Below are positions 12,219 to 23,931 of a DNA stretch of 64,000 bases, in pieces. The stretch comes from Nemertoderma westbladi. Its lineage: Eukaryota > Animalia > Xenacoelomorpha. The stretch lies in assembly GCA_032718475.1 (NCBI GenBank), contig JAUCBJ010007480.1:32214-96213 (forward strand), given 5' to 3'. The position numbers were made by a program, and so were the translations under genes. The notes beneath the pieces were generated by a model. That model made no database searches. It was not told where the DNA came from and was given only the letters and a program-made list of their open reading frames with translations. The first letter of the stretch is position 1; the number at the start of each line of letters is the position of its first letter.

Positions 12219-12945
12219 TTAAGTTGGGGAGTCCCTAGATGTCGGTTGGATTAGGGAGGTGGTCGTGGGAAGAGAATCTTGCCTTCCACAGTTTCCGGAG
12301 AGTCCTCCATTCCCTTCCGATAAACACAAACGACCGACTGGGTGATTGAGTCGCTGCATCCTGAATACAATTCCAGGTTTCCTCTTCGTCCTGGAATAGT
12401 GACGATAGAAACATCGCTCAAAGTATATGACGGCGTCACAAAGCCGATTCCAGGAGCTATAGTGGTCCATCGCTCTCTGCAGGAGAGGTGAGAGTCCCTG
12501 CGAGACGTCTGATGTTCCAGAGCTCCAATCGCTCTCTCTGATCTTCATGAAGGATCCACTCGCGGTGGGGAGGTCCAGATCCACGGCGTCGTCCCTGGCA
12601 ACATGTAATACCGACAGATCTATCCCGGGTTCAAATAACTCCGATCCACCCGTCCGGGTTTTAGGTTTAACTTTCTCCGCTCCCTTGGCTGGTCTAATCT
12701 CAGTCGGAGTAGGATGGGGAGGCCATTCATCCTCCTTACTCAGGAAGTCGGGTTCACCTAACCGGTCTGTAGTATCTGTCAGTTCTTGAGGAGTTGCTCC
12801 TCTGGAAACGATGTCAGTTGTATTCATCGTTTTGGGGCAATATCTCCATTGATCTACGTTGGAGTTAAGATTGTCATTATCTGAGGAGTGTGGTGTTCCC
12901 TCAGTTGGGTCGTCTCCCTCACTAGTATCATCTTCCCATTCACTC
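12219..12945 (-). pseudogene. Remnant of the BEL/Pao pol RNase H end / linker
   Basis: QWRYCPKTMNTTDIVSRG...GEPDFLSKEDEWP and HYSSWNRL match the BEL QWRHV..NPAD.ASRG..GP.FL..EWP and YSSW.RL motifs. Confidence 0.7.
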
Positions 12946-14189
12946 CGCTTGCGTCCTTCTGGGCTCCTCTCCGATGACTCCGAGGCGCACCCATGAGGCG
13001 GACGCTGTCCCACCACCCTTGGGGCCAGTCCGACTGATGTTTTTATCAGACCGGGCCGGAGGGTAGCCCGATGCTTCCCGGGTTCACTTTTCAATCCCCC
13101 GATCACACCGGCACAACTCGTCGGTGTAGCCAGATGGTCGGCTACTGTCAACTTGCTGTGGCCTGACTGTACATTGAGCCAACTCAGAGAGTCAACCGGC
13201 GGGTGGACCAGTCGATAGCGATCGAGCATCAAGGTCGCCCTTGAGCCAAACCGACGGTCTTGTCCCAAGTGGGCTTGTGCTACCCAACATGGAATATTGA
13301 CCGTTTTCACCCGCCTCGCCGGCAGTATTGAGGGTTAACCACTCCGCAACAATACTGACTAGCTCGAAAGCTAGGAACAAGTAACCACTTACCAGTCACT
13401 GTACACGTGTACTCAACAGATGCTCACGAAATCGAGTACACAACGGTAAACACAAAATCGAACACATACCATGCACACACAGAGGACATAATCGGGGAAG
13501 ACAAAATCGGTGACAAAATCAGAGGGGACAAAATTGTATCGACTAATAAAAGAGTCGAGAGTACCTTATTTTGCCGTCAGGGCAAAATAACTTTGTGTGC
13601 ACAAAGTATGCTGGGGCGCAGTGAAGATATGGTCTTATTAATAACCAGCGGCGACTGGACCAACCGGCAAGGGTTCCCATACTCACTCGCAGTGGCCATA
13701 CATACACTCACGTATACCACGTACACACACAAACCACAGATTCCAGAGTATCATTCACTCGGACCACACTACAACACTAACCCCTCCTTGCAGCCGATAT
13801 TCCGGGTGCCACCTCCATTCCAATAGTAGTACCAACAGAATCATCAGAACCTGTCCATTCCGATGCAACACCTCCATTCCAATAGTGCTACCCTGGGAAA
13901 AAACACGTTTTGGCAACCGATCGGAGACAGTACAGAGTCTGGTCAACTCATACATACCAAACATAGACCTACCACATAAACCACATAAACCACAGATCAC
14001 ACTAAGCCACCACCCCTACTGTGTACAGGACTGGCAGTACGGCAACAGGCCGACTAGACGGTACCACGGCACCATGTTGATTCATGGTTCGCAAGACACG
14101 AGGGCCTTCAGTAACTCCCTTGCACTATAGCGTCGATTTAACGTGTCCCCAGAGCCTCACGAGTCCGCCGCCGCCTGTTCCAGGCACCC

Positions 14190-17100
14190 CTATAGAGACC
14201 TCACCTCCTTGGGTACCTGGCAGACGCGATCTTGAAGCAGTCTTTCCCTGAGCGTTCTACGGGAAGGTCCAGTAAGGTACCAACCTACTCTAGTTCTTAC
14301 CGCATAGGTCTGTAGTGGCTGCGGTTGAGCAGGCCGTTTCTCTAATGTCTCCAGCGCCTCATGCGCGTTTTGGCCGATGAGTATTTGCACTCCAGGATAA
14401 TCAGTCTGGAATCGAGGTATGTTAAGATGTTGGATGCTCTCATCCTCGTCCCAATTATAAAGGTCTGCTTGAGTAGTAGCGAAGTTCTTTATAGCCACCA
14501 TTTTCACTGACCTGATGCTATGTTCTCCTAGTTCGTCCTGGGGGGTGGACAACTCACCTATATAATAGTCGGCAGCTACAGTATAATTCCAAACCTGCAT
14601 GATCCCTGACATGTTTAGCTTGGTTCGGAACTTGGGTTGTCCAGCAAAGATGTCTTCGGCTAGTTCTTTATCGATGAATGTTCCTGTGCTGCCGGAGTCC
14701 AGGAGGGCGTTCACTATATAGCTCTTCTGAGGTCCGTGGACCCGTAACTGAACTACAGGAAATTCTCGGATTCCTATATTGGAAGTTGGCGCTTTCCAAG
14801 ATGGTTGTTGATCGGAAGTAGTTAAGGTAAGGTCGCTGTCTGTGTCTTTCTCATGTACGAGTGCTCTATACACTGCGGTGGTGTTTATTAGGTAACAGGA
14901 TTCGTTTTGGTCGGAGAACTCGTCCGTATAGAATCCTTCCATCTCAGATTGATCAGTGTCGTTCACATCACTGAATTGGACATGTAGTTCGGACTCACTT
15001 ACCTGACTCGGGCTGTTTCGTTCGAATTCCGTGTGCAACAAGATATGATGTTTTGCGCCGCACTTTGCACACCTTGCGTCGGAGTTACAGGTTCGCCGTT
15101 GGTGTCCTCGTCTGAGGCAATTATAACACAACCGCTTATTCCACATGACTTCACGTCTATCCTCGAGTGATTTCCTCAGGAATTTATCACACGCATTTAA
15201 ACGGTGGGGCCCGTCGCACAGCACACATTTCGGCTTGATGTTACTTACTTTAACCTGTGCTATGTGGTGCACACTTGTTCTTTCCTCGGGCTTTCTCACC
15301 TGAATTCTTTTAGGAGACGTAGGAAGGGTTTTTTGTACCGGTTCCCTTCTGTCATTGGGTCGAGACTCGGATTTACTTACCTGATCTTTAGGCAATTTAT
15401 TGACATAATAAGATCTGTCAGTGTCTTTCCCGCTGTCCTCTCCTTGAGAAGTTTGGCTTTCACCGTCGTAGGTATAACATACTGGTGTTACCCTTCTCCT
15501 AGAAACGGGTTTCTCACTTACGTTGTTTTCCAGTGTCTTCTCTCTGGACTGTCTTAGGAGCTGTAATTTCACTTCTCCATCTAAGAATGACATGAGATCA
15601 GCCATGGTAGGGTCTCGTTGTTGTTGTTCCATCATATATAACACTTTCTTGTCCCAGCGTGTACCTACTCCACCCTTGGGCAAAGTAGATGCTAAGGCTC
15701 CTACAACCATAGAATTCTGGTATTCATGAGACTTACCTAACCAATCTAGTTGTCTACAGATCTCCTGAATCTCATCGGAAAACTCTATAATCCCGCTGCT
15801 AAGAAACTTTCGGGGCGCCATTAATTTCGCATATAAATACCTAGCTATGTTAGTCCTATTACTATACCTGATGTTTAGTGTATCCCAAACTTGTCTTAAT
15901 CCATCTGGATGTCCAATAAATTTTAACGCCATTAACTTGGGAGGTCCTTCCAAACATTCGATGAGGAATCTAAGTTTCTCTCCGTTAGATAGTACAGAGT
16001 TCTGTATGTTATCTTTATAATATTCATTAAAAGGTAACCATTTCATCTCATCTCCATTGAACTTGACGATCTCTCCCACCTTTACCGCTTGCCGGGCTTC
16101 GGTTCTAGCCATTTGACGCGTAAAACTTTCTTGGGCCATCGTGTTATTTAATATCGAGTTATCGGTATATAAATTTCTCGGATTATGATCAGTTCTATGT
16201 GGAATATCATTATCAACAGGTCTATAATTACCCTTAATAGGGTTCACTATAGGAGTTTCTACTTCGCTAGCAGTATATATGCGTGTAGGCTCCACACCTT
16301 GCGCATGAGATACTTCAGACCTAACAGGTTGACACATTGTTACAGAGGGTGGTGGTATACCTCTTTGAGTATTTACTAATTTATCGCGTTCTAACGCGAT
16401 ACTTTGCTGCACTTCTTGCAACTCTAGTCTACTTTCCATTACTGTGCCCTTGAACTGCTGGACAGTCTCCTGCATCTGCCCGAGCAGGATATCCATCCCC
16501 CGCCGTCTCTCGTCTACCCAATCAACCGCCGAAACGGGATCCGCCAACGTCGTAGCGGGCAGACGAGGGACAACGGGCGACAAATTTGGAATATTTCGCT
16601 CGGGGTCCAGGACCTGAACTGTCTCCTGGGCAGTTCTACGGGGCACAGGTAGCTTAGTGCTATGCAGAGGGAATTTATAGGTAGCTTCAGGGAGCACAGG
16701 TGTGTCTATCACCGTAGGGGTGATTTCAAGAACAGGCCTAATTATTTCAGGCTCATCTACTATAGTAGGGAGTCTTTCTATTTCAATTATTTGGTCTGTG
16801 GGTTCTGTACTACCTAAGTTGGTGTTATTTAGTTGTCTTCTAACAGCTGGAGGCAAATCAGGCAATTTCTGACGGTGGGATGTTCTTCTACGTCTGCCTA
16901 GACGAGATCTATTTCCTTTGCCTTCAGTGTCTGTTGTATCTCCTTCATCAGAGGATGTAAATCCCTGTCTCTTGGAAGTAGTCCTACTTATCAGCTGCAT
17001 ATCACTAGCCGTTATCTGTTTATTTAAGTAATCGTGCTTCTCTTGAAGATTCTCCAACTCTAGTTGGACTTTTTCTTCAGATGCCCTCCGTTCCGCTTCG

Positions 17101-17927
17101 GCCACTGCCTCTGCGGCCTTTCTTTCAGCCTCGGCCACCTTTCTTTCAGCTTCGGCCGCTGCCGCTGCCTCTGCCGCTTTTGCCTTGGCCGCTGCCGCCT
17201 TTCTTTCTGCCTCTGCCACTGCAGCTGCAAAGGCCGCTGCTATTTTCTTTCTGTCTTCTATAAGTTTTTTCTTTACTTGCTCTTCTTGGACTCTAGTGAT
17301 GCGGAGTTGTTCATCAAATTTAGCCTGATTCGCAGCTAACATTTCCGCATCAATTGCGTCCAGCACAAGCTTGGTTCCTTCACTATTAGGGCTAAGCCCC
17401 TCCAGCCTTCTCCTCAACTCTTCATCTCCTACAAAGCGTTGATAGTCTGACAGATAGATGTCAATAGCATCCCTCTTAAGCGGTTTCTCTGCTGTCACTT
17501 CGCTTTCTTCTTGAGAAGAAGTGGCGTCGGTTGATTCTTCATAGGTTGGCCACTCATCATAAACCTTATCCGCCATCTTCGCTCCGCGTTTGGGCGTCAG
17601 CTCTACAGTATCCTCACTACTGGAGCTGCTGGGCCGCTGAGGAATAAGTTCTTGACTCGCGGGTTGTTGCTGTTCCGCTGCTTCTGGGTCCCGCTTGACC
17701 TGAGCTCGAGTGCCTATGATAGACCTACGATGTTGGACTAGCCTAGGGTCTGATACTACTACTTGAGGGATGATCTTTCGCACAGTAGGAGGGGACTTAG
17801 ACTTTGGTCTGGGATGTTCCATACTTTGATCTTGGTCACAGATCCTTTTAAGACGCTGTCTAAGTCGAATACTCATTCTAACACCCTCTAAGAGACTATC
17901 TGACAATGTTTGTTGTGAGTCAGACAT
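14190..17927 (-). CDS. BEL/Pao Gag-protease polyprotein (1245 aa)
   Basis: DUF1759-type KFNGDEMKWLPF...EKLRFL...LEG...W..L..RY; triple Zn knuckle CVLCDGPH / CYNCLRRGH / CAKCGAKHH; aspartic protease ALLDSGS...ILIG...RTRVGW; N-terminal Ala/Glu coiled coil. Confidence 0.93.
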   Translation of the reverse strand: MSDSQQTLSDSLLEGVRMSIRLRQRLKRICDQDQSMEHPRPKSKSPPTVRKIIPQVVVSDPRLVQHRRSIIGTRAQVKRDPEAAEQQQPASQELIPQRPSSSSSEDTVELTPKRGAKMADKVYDEWPTYEESTDATSSQEESEVTAEKPLKRDAIDIYLSDYQRFVGDEELRRRLEGLSPNSEGTKLVLDAIDAEMLAANQAKFDEQLRITRVQEEQVKKKLIEDRKKIAAAFAAAVAEAERKAAAAKAKAAEAAAAAEAERKVAEAERKAAEAVAEAERRASEEKVQLELENLQEKHDYLNKQITASDMQLISRTTSKRQGFTSSDEGDTTDTEGKGNRSRLGRRRRTSHRQKLPDLPPAVRRQLNNTNLGSTEPTDQIIEIERLPTIVDEPEIIRPVLEITPTVIDTPVLPEATYKFPLHSTKLPVPRRTAQETVQVLDPERNIPNLSPVVPRLPATTLADPVSAVDWVDERRRGMDILLGQMQETVQQFKGTVMESRLELQEVQQSIALERDKLVNTQRGIPPPSVTMCQPVRSEVSHAQGVEPTRIYTASEVETPIVNPIKGNYRPVDNDIPHRTDHNPRNLYTDNSILNNTMAQESFTRQMARTEARQAVKVGEIVKFNGDEMKWLPFNEYYKDNIQNSVLSNGEKLRFLIECLEGPPKLMALKFIGHPDGLRQVWDTLNIRYSNRTNIARYLYAKLMAPRKFLSSGIIEFSDEIQEICRQLDWLGKSHEYQNSMVVGALASTLPKGGVGTRWDKKVLYMMEQQQRDPTMADLMSFLDGEVKLQLLRQSREKTLENNVSEKPVSRRRVTPVCYTYDGESQTSQGEDSGKDTDRSYYVNKLPKDQVSKSESRPNDRREPVQKTLPTSPKRIQVRKPEERTSVHHIAQVKVSNIKPKCVLCDGPHRLNACDKFLRKSLEDRREVMWNKRLCYNCLRRGHQRRTCNSDARCAKCGAKHHILLHTEFERNSPSQVSESELHVQFSDVNDTDQSEMEGFYTDEFSDQNESCYLINTTAVYRALVHEKDTDSDLTLTTSDQQPSWKAPTSNIGIREFPVVQLRVHGPQKSYIVNALLDSGSTGTFIDKELAEDIFAGQPKFRTKLNMSGIMQVWNYTVAADYYIGELSTPQDELGEHSIRSVKMVAIKNFATTQADLYNWDEDESIQHLNIPRFQTDYPGVQILIGQNAHEALETLEKRPAQPQPLQTYAVRTRVGWYLTGPSRRTLRERLLQDRVCQVPKEVRSL

Positions 17928-19256
17928 GTTTGGTTGTACAGTTGAATGCCTACTGCTATATTACAGTCTAAGCAAGTCTAGTAATTCAGTATTAACTGCT
18001 AGCCTAGTAATTAATTACCGATACTGCTACCCAGTGTAGCGTGATATATATAATATTAGAATACCGGTATGCTTATGGTATATATAAGTATTATGACAGA
18101 CTAGGTTTTTCACAGAAACCGGTATATAATTTTAGCACAAATATATATAAATATATAATAGGCCTATCGTGGATACCGGTATGCAGTTTACACTTATAGT
18201 GTATATATATAAGTATAATTACAGACTAGAATTAATTACAGAATACCGGTATGATTTCAACCTAAAATTTATAGAAATAAAGATAATAGGCCTATCGTAA
18301 ATACCGGTATATCAATTATTTTAAAATAACTGAATTTCTGAACTTTAGGGTTACTTGGTTACTTTAACTTACTTTATTACCGTTATTTAAGCAGTAATCC
18401 AACTGATATTGAGACCTAATGGTTGTATGGTAGGCCTACTATTTATAAATCGTTAGATTTGATTTATAATATATATATACCCGTTTTAATGGGTTTTGTC
18501 TATGTTTGAAATAAATGTTATTATTTCTGGGGTAATCACTACACAAAGCGGTGCGCTTTCAGTGAAGTGTTACGTATAGGACACTAAAACAAATAATTCT
18601 AATTTACCTAAGTTACTTAATACTACAAATTACGTACAATTCGGGTTGAGATTACAATCTCTAAATAAACTCAAAAATTTACAAAAAACACAAAATACGA
18701 ATTTTTAGGGTAATTTTGCAAGAAGTCTACAAACCAGCCTAACAAAGGGTTAGAAAACTGGTTATTACAACGGACAGGGTACTACGGTATTTGAAATAAT
18801 AAGTAGTAGTAAATACACTGCGTTGTCTAGATAGGAAAATACCACCGCCTGACGACCTATAGCCGTATCGCTATAGGTTCTACGTTATGTATCACGGAGT
18901 GTTCCTACCTAGAAGTTAATAGAGCTAATCGAATGTGCCTATCAACCACTTTACAACACAAATATAATGCCTACAATAATTACTTCGGAAAGTACTGTAC
19001 ACTAAACCCTAAATTAGGTACGAGTACTTGTACAACAGATAATCAGTAGTTAAATATACTTGAACAGCTAAAAGAACCACGGCATCTGCTGGAGTGACCG
19101 ATGCACAAAATCACCAGTCTTTACCTACGCCGAGCAGCCCGTGTAGTACCGGGGTTAATTTAACTATAGCGGTATGTATAACGAACACAATTACTGTAGG
19201 AACAAACTTGGGGAATGAATGTTGCGGATAATCGCATAAACTCTGAATAATAAATA

Positions 19257-19815
19257 TTACGCTACGCGTACAAACTACTCAAACAAAATACAGACCGAAC
19301 ACTGACAGACTACCATCAAGCCTAAACAAACTACGGTATATGCAGACTCCGAAATGATTAGGGAGTATGCGCTCTAACCCAGTAGTGCGACTTATTCTTT
19401 AGTTGGGGGTTTACCTTACAGCGTTCGCTGCCCCTACTGCCTAACCGTACTTAATCGGACAGATGATCTACACACACGGCAATCCGTTCAGACCTAATAA
19501 CAGCCAGACAACTATCCAGCCTACAAATTATCTAAATAAAATTATACGCTACCCGTACAGACTTACACAAACAAAGTACAGACTAAACGATGGCAGACTA
19601 CTCTCAAGCCTAAATAAACTACAGGACATGCAGACTCCGAAATGATTAGGGAGTATGCGCTCTAACCCAGTAGTGCGACTTATTCTTTAGTTGGGGGTTT
19701 ACCTTACAGCGTTCGCTGCCCCTACTGCCTAATCGTACTTAATCGGACAGGTGATCTACACACACTGCAATTCGTTCAGACCTAACAGCAATCAGACAAC
19801 AGCTCAGCCTACAAA
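19257..19815 (-). repeat. Tandem ~288-bp duplication in the 5' leader of element 1
   Basis: gcagactccgaaatgattaggg... at 19342 and 19630; element 2 has an equivalent duplication with a ~282-bp period. Confidence 0.85.
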
Positions 19816-20127
19816 TCGTCTGTACAATCTGATCAGGCTTACACGCCTTCTGTTCAATACTGGCCTACAAATAAATAAAACTTGACAGAAATAAGTAAAA
19901 TCTCAATAAAAAATCAGGGCGGCCGTTCCCTGATTAAGTACTAAGACCTACCGGTATACAACTATCAAATCGAATAATACTGCTGTACCTGTACTGCTGT
20001 AGGTACCGGTCCGGGTGGTTAGGTAGTCAGGCCTACTGGTACCGGTTCTGGCAGTTGGGCCTACTGACCTACAGATGTACCGGTTGACCGGTACTTTCAA
20101 CTTTATTGCTTACTGCAATAAAGAAGT

Positions 20128-20139
20128 TATATCCTTTAA
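20128..20139 (-). promoter_or_regulatory. Non-tRNA primer-binding site (self-priming type), element 1
   Basis: Sense TTAAAGGATATA directly after the LTR CA, with no TGG. Perfectly complementary to the sense strand of LTR 20883-20894 (8754-8765 in the 3' LTR). Confidence 0.75.
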
Positions 20140-21332
20140 TGTTCGCGCTTTCAGACCTTTGGCAGTTTAACCCGCCAAATTAAGATGTCTTCTAGATATT
20201 AAATCGCTTTTTAGCCTATGACAAGTATTTGATTCACTACACTAGTCGAAACCAATCCGTGCGCGACCATTCACCCGCTGGATATTCCCGGGAGATTGGG
20301 TTCGACGGTTTAATTTTATTGCTATGTAAGCCTAATGTATTATTCGACTGACAGTATTATATAATCTCTGACAATATTATTCACCTTCGGGAATATTAAC
20401 AGTTCCTTTAGGACGTGGCGCTTTATCTATATAAACAGAGTTATGACTTAAACTACTCACAACGATATGGCTCAATTATAATTAACATATATGGCGCATT
20501 CTTTAGGAATGCTTCTTTAACAGACTCACTCATACGCAATGCTGCACAATACTGCACACTAATCTGCCAATCTTCACTGATTTTAGTCACATATAAAAGG
20601 AACACAGACTGACTCATGTAGGGTCTACCAAATAACATTAGATTCACTTCAAACCACTTTAACATAAGTCACAATCGTTATTGGTAACCTTTCTCTCTTA
20701 CCTTCGGTATATCAAGAATATTGGGTATCGGGGTTATTTCTCGTTATTCCAATATAATAATTCATCAACCAATATAATGAATAACCGACAACAAATAGCA
20801 GTATACAGTATCGATTGAGCAGGTAATTTTTGCAGTTTCAGCAGTTATTAAAAGCCGTGTGGCAGCAGTTGCTGTCGCCAGGTTAAAGGATATATGTCCT
20901 TGTAATTAAACCTACTAGTGTTGAGCTAAAAAGCAGAAAGCACAAAACACTAAAAGCCGTTCTTTCGTGGCTTTGAAAAACTCGTGACTACTGCTCTATA
21001 CGAGGATACCAACTCCCTTATTCCACGAAGCTCCCGTTCAACACAGAGAAAGAGCAGTGAGATAGGAAATTTTCAGTTCAGTAGCCTGTGATAGGTCAAA
21101 ATCAAGGCTAACTCAAATTCTATTGGGAGATACAAAACAATGCTATGACGCAACCTCCCTAGGCTTGTTGGCCGATTAAACAGAGCCCAGATGCCTGCGT
21201 ACAGCAAATCAGCCAATAAGCTGGTAACTTGCACTATTTTTAGCTGTAGATCACTTTGAGAGTATTCTTAGCGACTGGGGGGGAACTGGCCAACAAGGCA
21301 AACGAATCAGTTATCCCACAAAAGCTTTTACA
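20140..21332 (-). repeat. 5' LTR of element 1
   Basis: Matches 8015-9205; followed by TSD CCTAC. Confidence 0.95.
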
Positions 21333-21359
21333 CCTACAGTATAGGAAACTCCAGTACTA

Positions 21360-21460
21360 ATTAAGCTACCATTTATGGAAGGCAGAGATGTTCCCTGGCT
21401 TAGTTCCTTTATGGTCTTTAAAGTATCGTGCCGAAACGAAAAATACCCTAGCCCCATGTT
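21360..21460 (-). mobile_element. SINE body fragment
   Basis: agctaccattta...ggcagagat...tcgtgccgaaacgaaaa...gccccatg matches 58129-58215. Confidence 0.55.
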
Positions 21461-21587
21461 GTTTGGCAAAAGTTTAGAAATTTTCCAAGTTTAATTTACT
21501 TGTGGCCTTCGAGAAGGTAAGATAAATTCAGTTAATTAATTAATGATCAATTAATTAATGTTGGTTAGGGTAAAAACAGCATTTTCA

Positions 21588-21944
21588 ACATTTATTATAG
21601 GAAGGGACTGTAGGGGTCTTGACCTCGAATGATAAGTTTATTTTACCGAAAATAACTTATCTTTTATTGCCGCAAGTGTAGGACTAATCCCATCACATGC
21701 GTACTTTTTAACCGGGTAGTGTACAAATTTAGGAATCGCGTAATTTTTCTTGAAATTAATATCTCATATCTTAATTTCAAGAAAAATTACGCGATTCCTA
21801 AATTTGTACACTACCCGGTTAAAAAGTACGCATGTGATTTCTACTTCTACTACAATTGCGCCAATAAAAGATAAGTTATTTTCGCGGTAAAATAAACTTA
21901 TCATTCGAGGTCAAGACCCCTAGATCCCTTCCTATAATAAATGT
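21588..21944. repeat. Near-perfect ~355-bp palindrome (foldback/MITE)
   Basis: Arms acatttattataggaaggg...ttcttgaaattaa and ttaatttcaagaa...cccttcctataataaatgt around an 11-nt loop at ~21760-21770. Confidence 0.9.
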
Positions 21945-22168
21945 ATATAACAAACACCTCGAAAAATACAGCTTGCCAACACATTGTTACTATCATTTTC
22001 AACATGACACTTAATGGAAATTAATTATTTTATAGTATAAGATATAAATAATTATACTTAAAAAATATACAGCTGTAATCCCATACTCCATTCCATTATA
22101 GTTTTTAATTAGTTCAAGTGATTTGCTTTAAGAAATGTGATTTTAATTGATCTAAACGTAATTAAGTT

Positions 22169-23804
22169 ATTAGGAGCCCGCTCGACAGGCGGGATACTTA
22201 CTGTAAAAATCTGCGGGATACTTACTGTAAAAATCTCAGAATATATAACACTGACTGACTGACTGACTGACTGATAATTATCTAGGTTCAGGCACTTCCT
22301 GCCTGGCGATTTTGTTGAAATTTTACAAGTAAATTGCTTTGGTGGTTCATAATCGCGTTACAAAATATCAGATCAATTCAATGTGTGATATTCGATATAA
22401 TTCGTTTTTTTGAAATTATTTTGTCGCGAAATTAAAAGCAATGGTAAAGTAACAACTCCTGCCTGAGCTGCTGCAGCAGCTAGCTGTGTATAGCTGTGTA
22501 GTAATGGTTGAGATAAGGGCTGCCTGAGATAGAATTCCATCAAGGCAGAATTTCTTGACTACACCCCTCCTACTGCTGGCTGCTGGCTGAGTCTACACAT
22601 CCTTTATCAGCTCTCAGGGATAGACAGAAAATAGTTGAGTTGTTAATAAACAAAATAAATTATACCACTGCAGTAGGATTATATTATTATTCCACGAATC
22701 ATTGGGTTGATTATTTTGTATAGGATATATGTAGAATGTTCTTAAAAATAATATTCTTATTTTTTTTATTACATAGGATTAGCATCATTTTTTAGCTGAA
22801 GCATTGATAGTGCTAATTAATTTAATTATATTTTAATACCATTACTACATTGGCATAAGATAAGTTTTAACATTTCTTACAAATATTATAAAACTCAATA
22901 GTGGTGCGAGCATAAAACTCAAATCACACAAATTTAAAAGAACCAGGTGTGTTGTCATAATATCTATCTCCATAGGTTATTCTGCTGGACTGGGTCTGGG
23001 TGCGGCTTTGCTTTTGGGACGGGGTGCTGATTGAAAGGGGGGTTGAAGGGGGGAACTGTCTCCCCTTTTCACTTTGACTGATTTGCGGTTTTGTTAAATT
23101 TCTTGGATATAGTTGTTGTGATGCTAAAATTTAATTTGTCTTTGATAATGTATTATTTTGTTTCATATTGTTTAGACTTTCAATTTTCATAATATTAGTT
23201 GAGTTTTTGTTTATACATTTGCTCTATAATATATTATATAATTTGTATTTATTAAAATAATTTAATGAAACTGTTATCACTATTATTATCTTACTAGAAC
23301 TACTGACACTAAGGTGGAAGAGCTAGGATATTTGCGCTTTGTTTGTGTTTTAGTTTTAGTAACTATAGCTACCCCTTTCTATTGTTAGTTTTGTTCTATA
23401 ATGCAGCATTGGTTGATCGCCTTAGCAGCCGGTGTTGTAATATTCGTATGGAAATGGAGTCGCATTTATAATATAGGGTGGTTCTTGGGTGGGTTCAGGG
23501 TCATCACTCGCTCGGTGTCCTGGTTGTGCATCATGGGCATTTTTTCATAAATATTCGGTAATCTTATATCTTGTAAACGTGCTTATTTGCTTCATATTAT
23601 ATTTTTGTTAGTGGTAGCAAAGTTTAATTTTTTATTATGTGGGACGATCGACAAAGTCAGCTAGCCTCACGCCTTACAGTTTAGACAATTGTTTAGTTTA
23701 GGCCTACTTACTAGGCCTACAGCTGACTGACATAGTTCATTTGTAATAGTCTTGGCTAGGATTCTTCCCCCGGGCTCCTTCCAGCCAGCTTGCTGGCTTT
23801 CTAG
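22169..23804 (+). mobile_element. Non-autonomous Helentron-type element (HINE/DINE-1-like), copy 1
   Basis: Sub-terminal inverted repeats AGGAGCCCG / CGGGCTCCT, 5' hairpin CCCGC..GCGGG, (CTGA)n microsatellite, and 3' stem-loop AGCCAGC-TT-GCTGGCT followed by CTAG-T. Confidence 0.8.
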
Positions 23805-23931
23805 TTAAAATACCCTGTCACTCTATACTACTTCCAGCTCCCTCAATCCAAGGCATGCTTTATATTGCATAGCCTAACTGGGAACCAGTCCAACACGTAC
23901 CACCTCACCACTATTCAAAGGAACGAATGTA

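Larger units (their letters stand above)
8015..21332 (-). mobile_element. Non-autonomous BEL/Pao-derived LTR retrotransposon, copy 1 (Gag-PR only)
   Basis: Near-identical LTRs at 8015-9205 and 20140-21332 with TG...CA ends; 5-bp TSD CCTAC (8010-8014 / 21333-21337); PPT-like GGGAGCGG abutting the 3' LTR; Gag-protease ORF; no RT or integrase. Confidence 0.95.
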
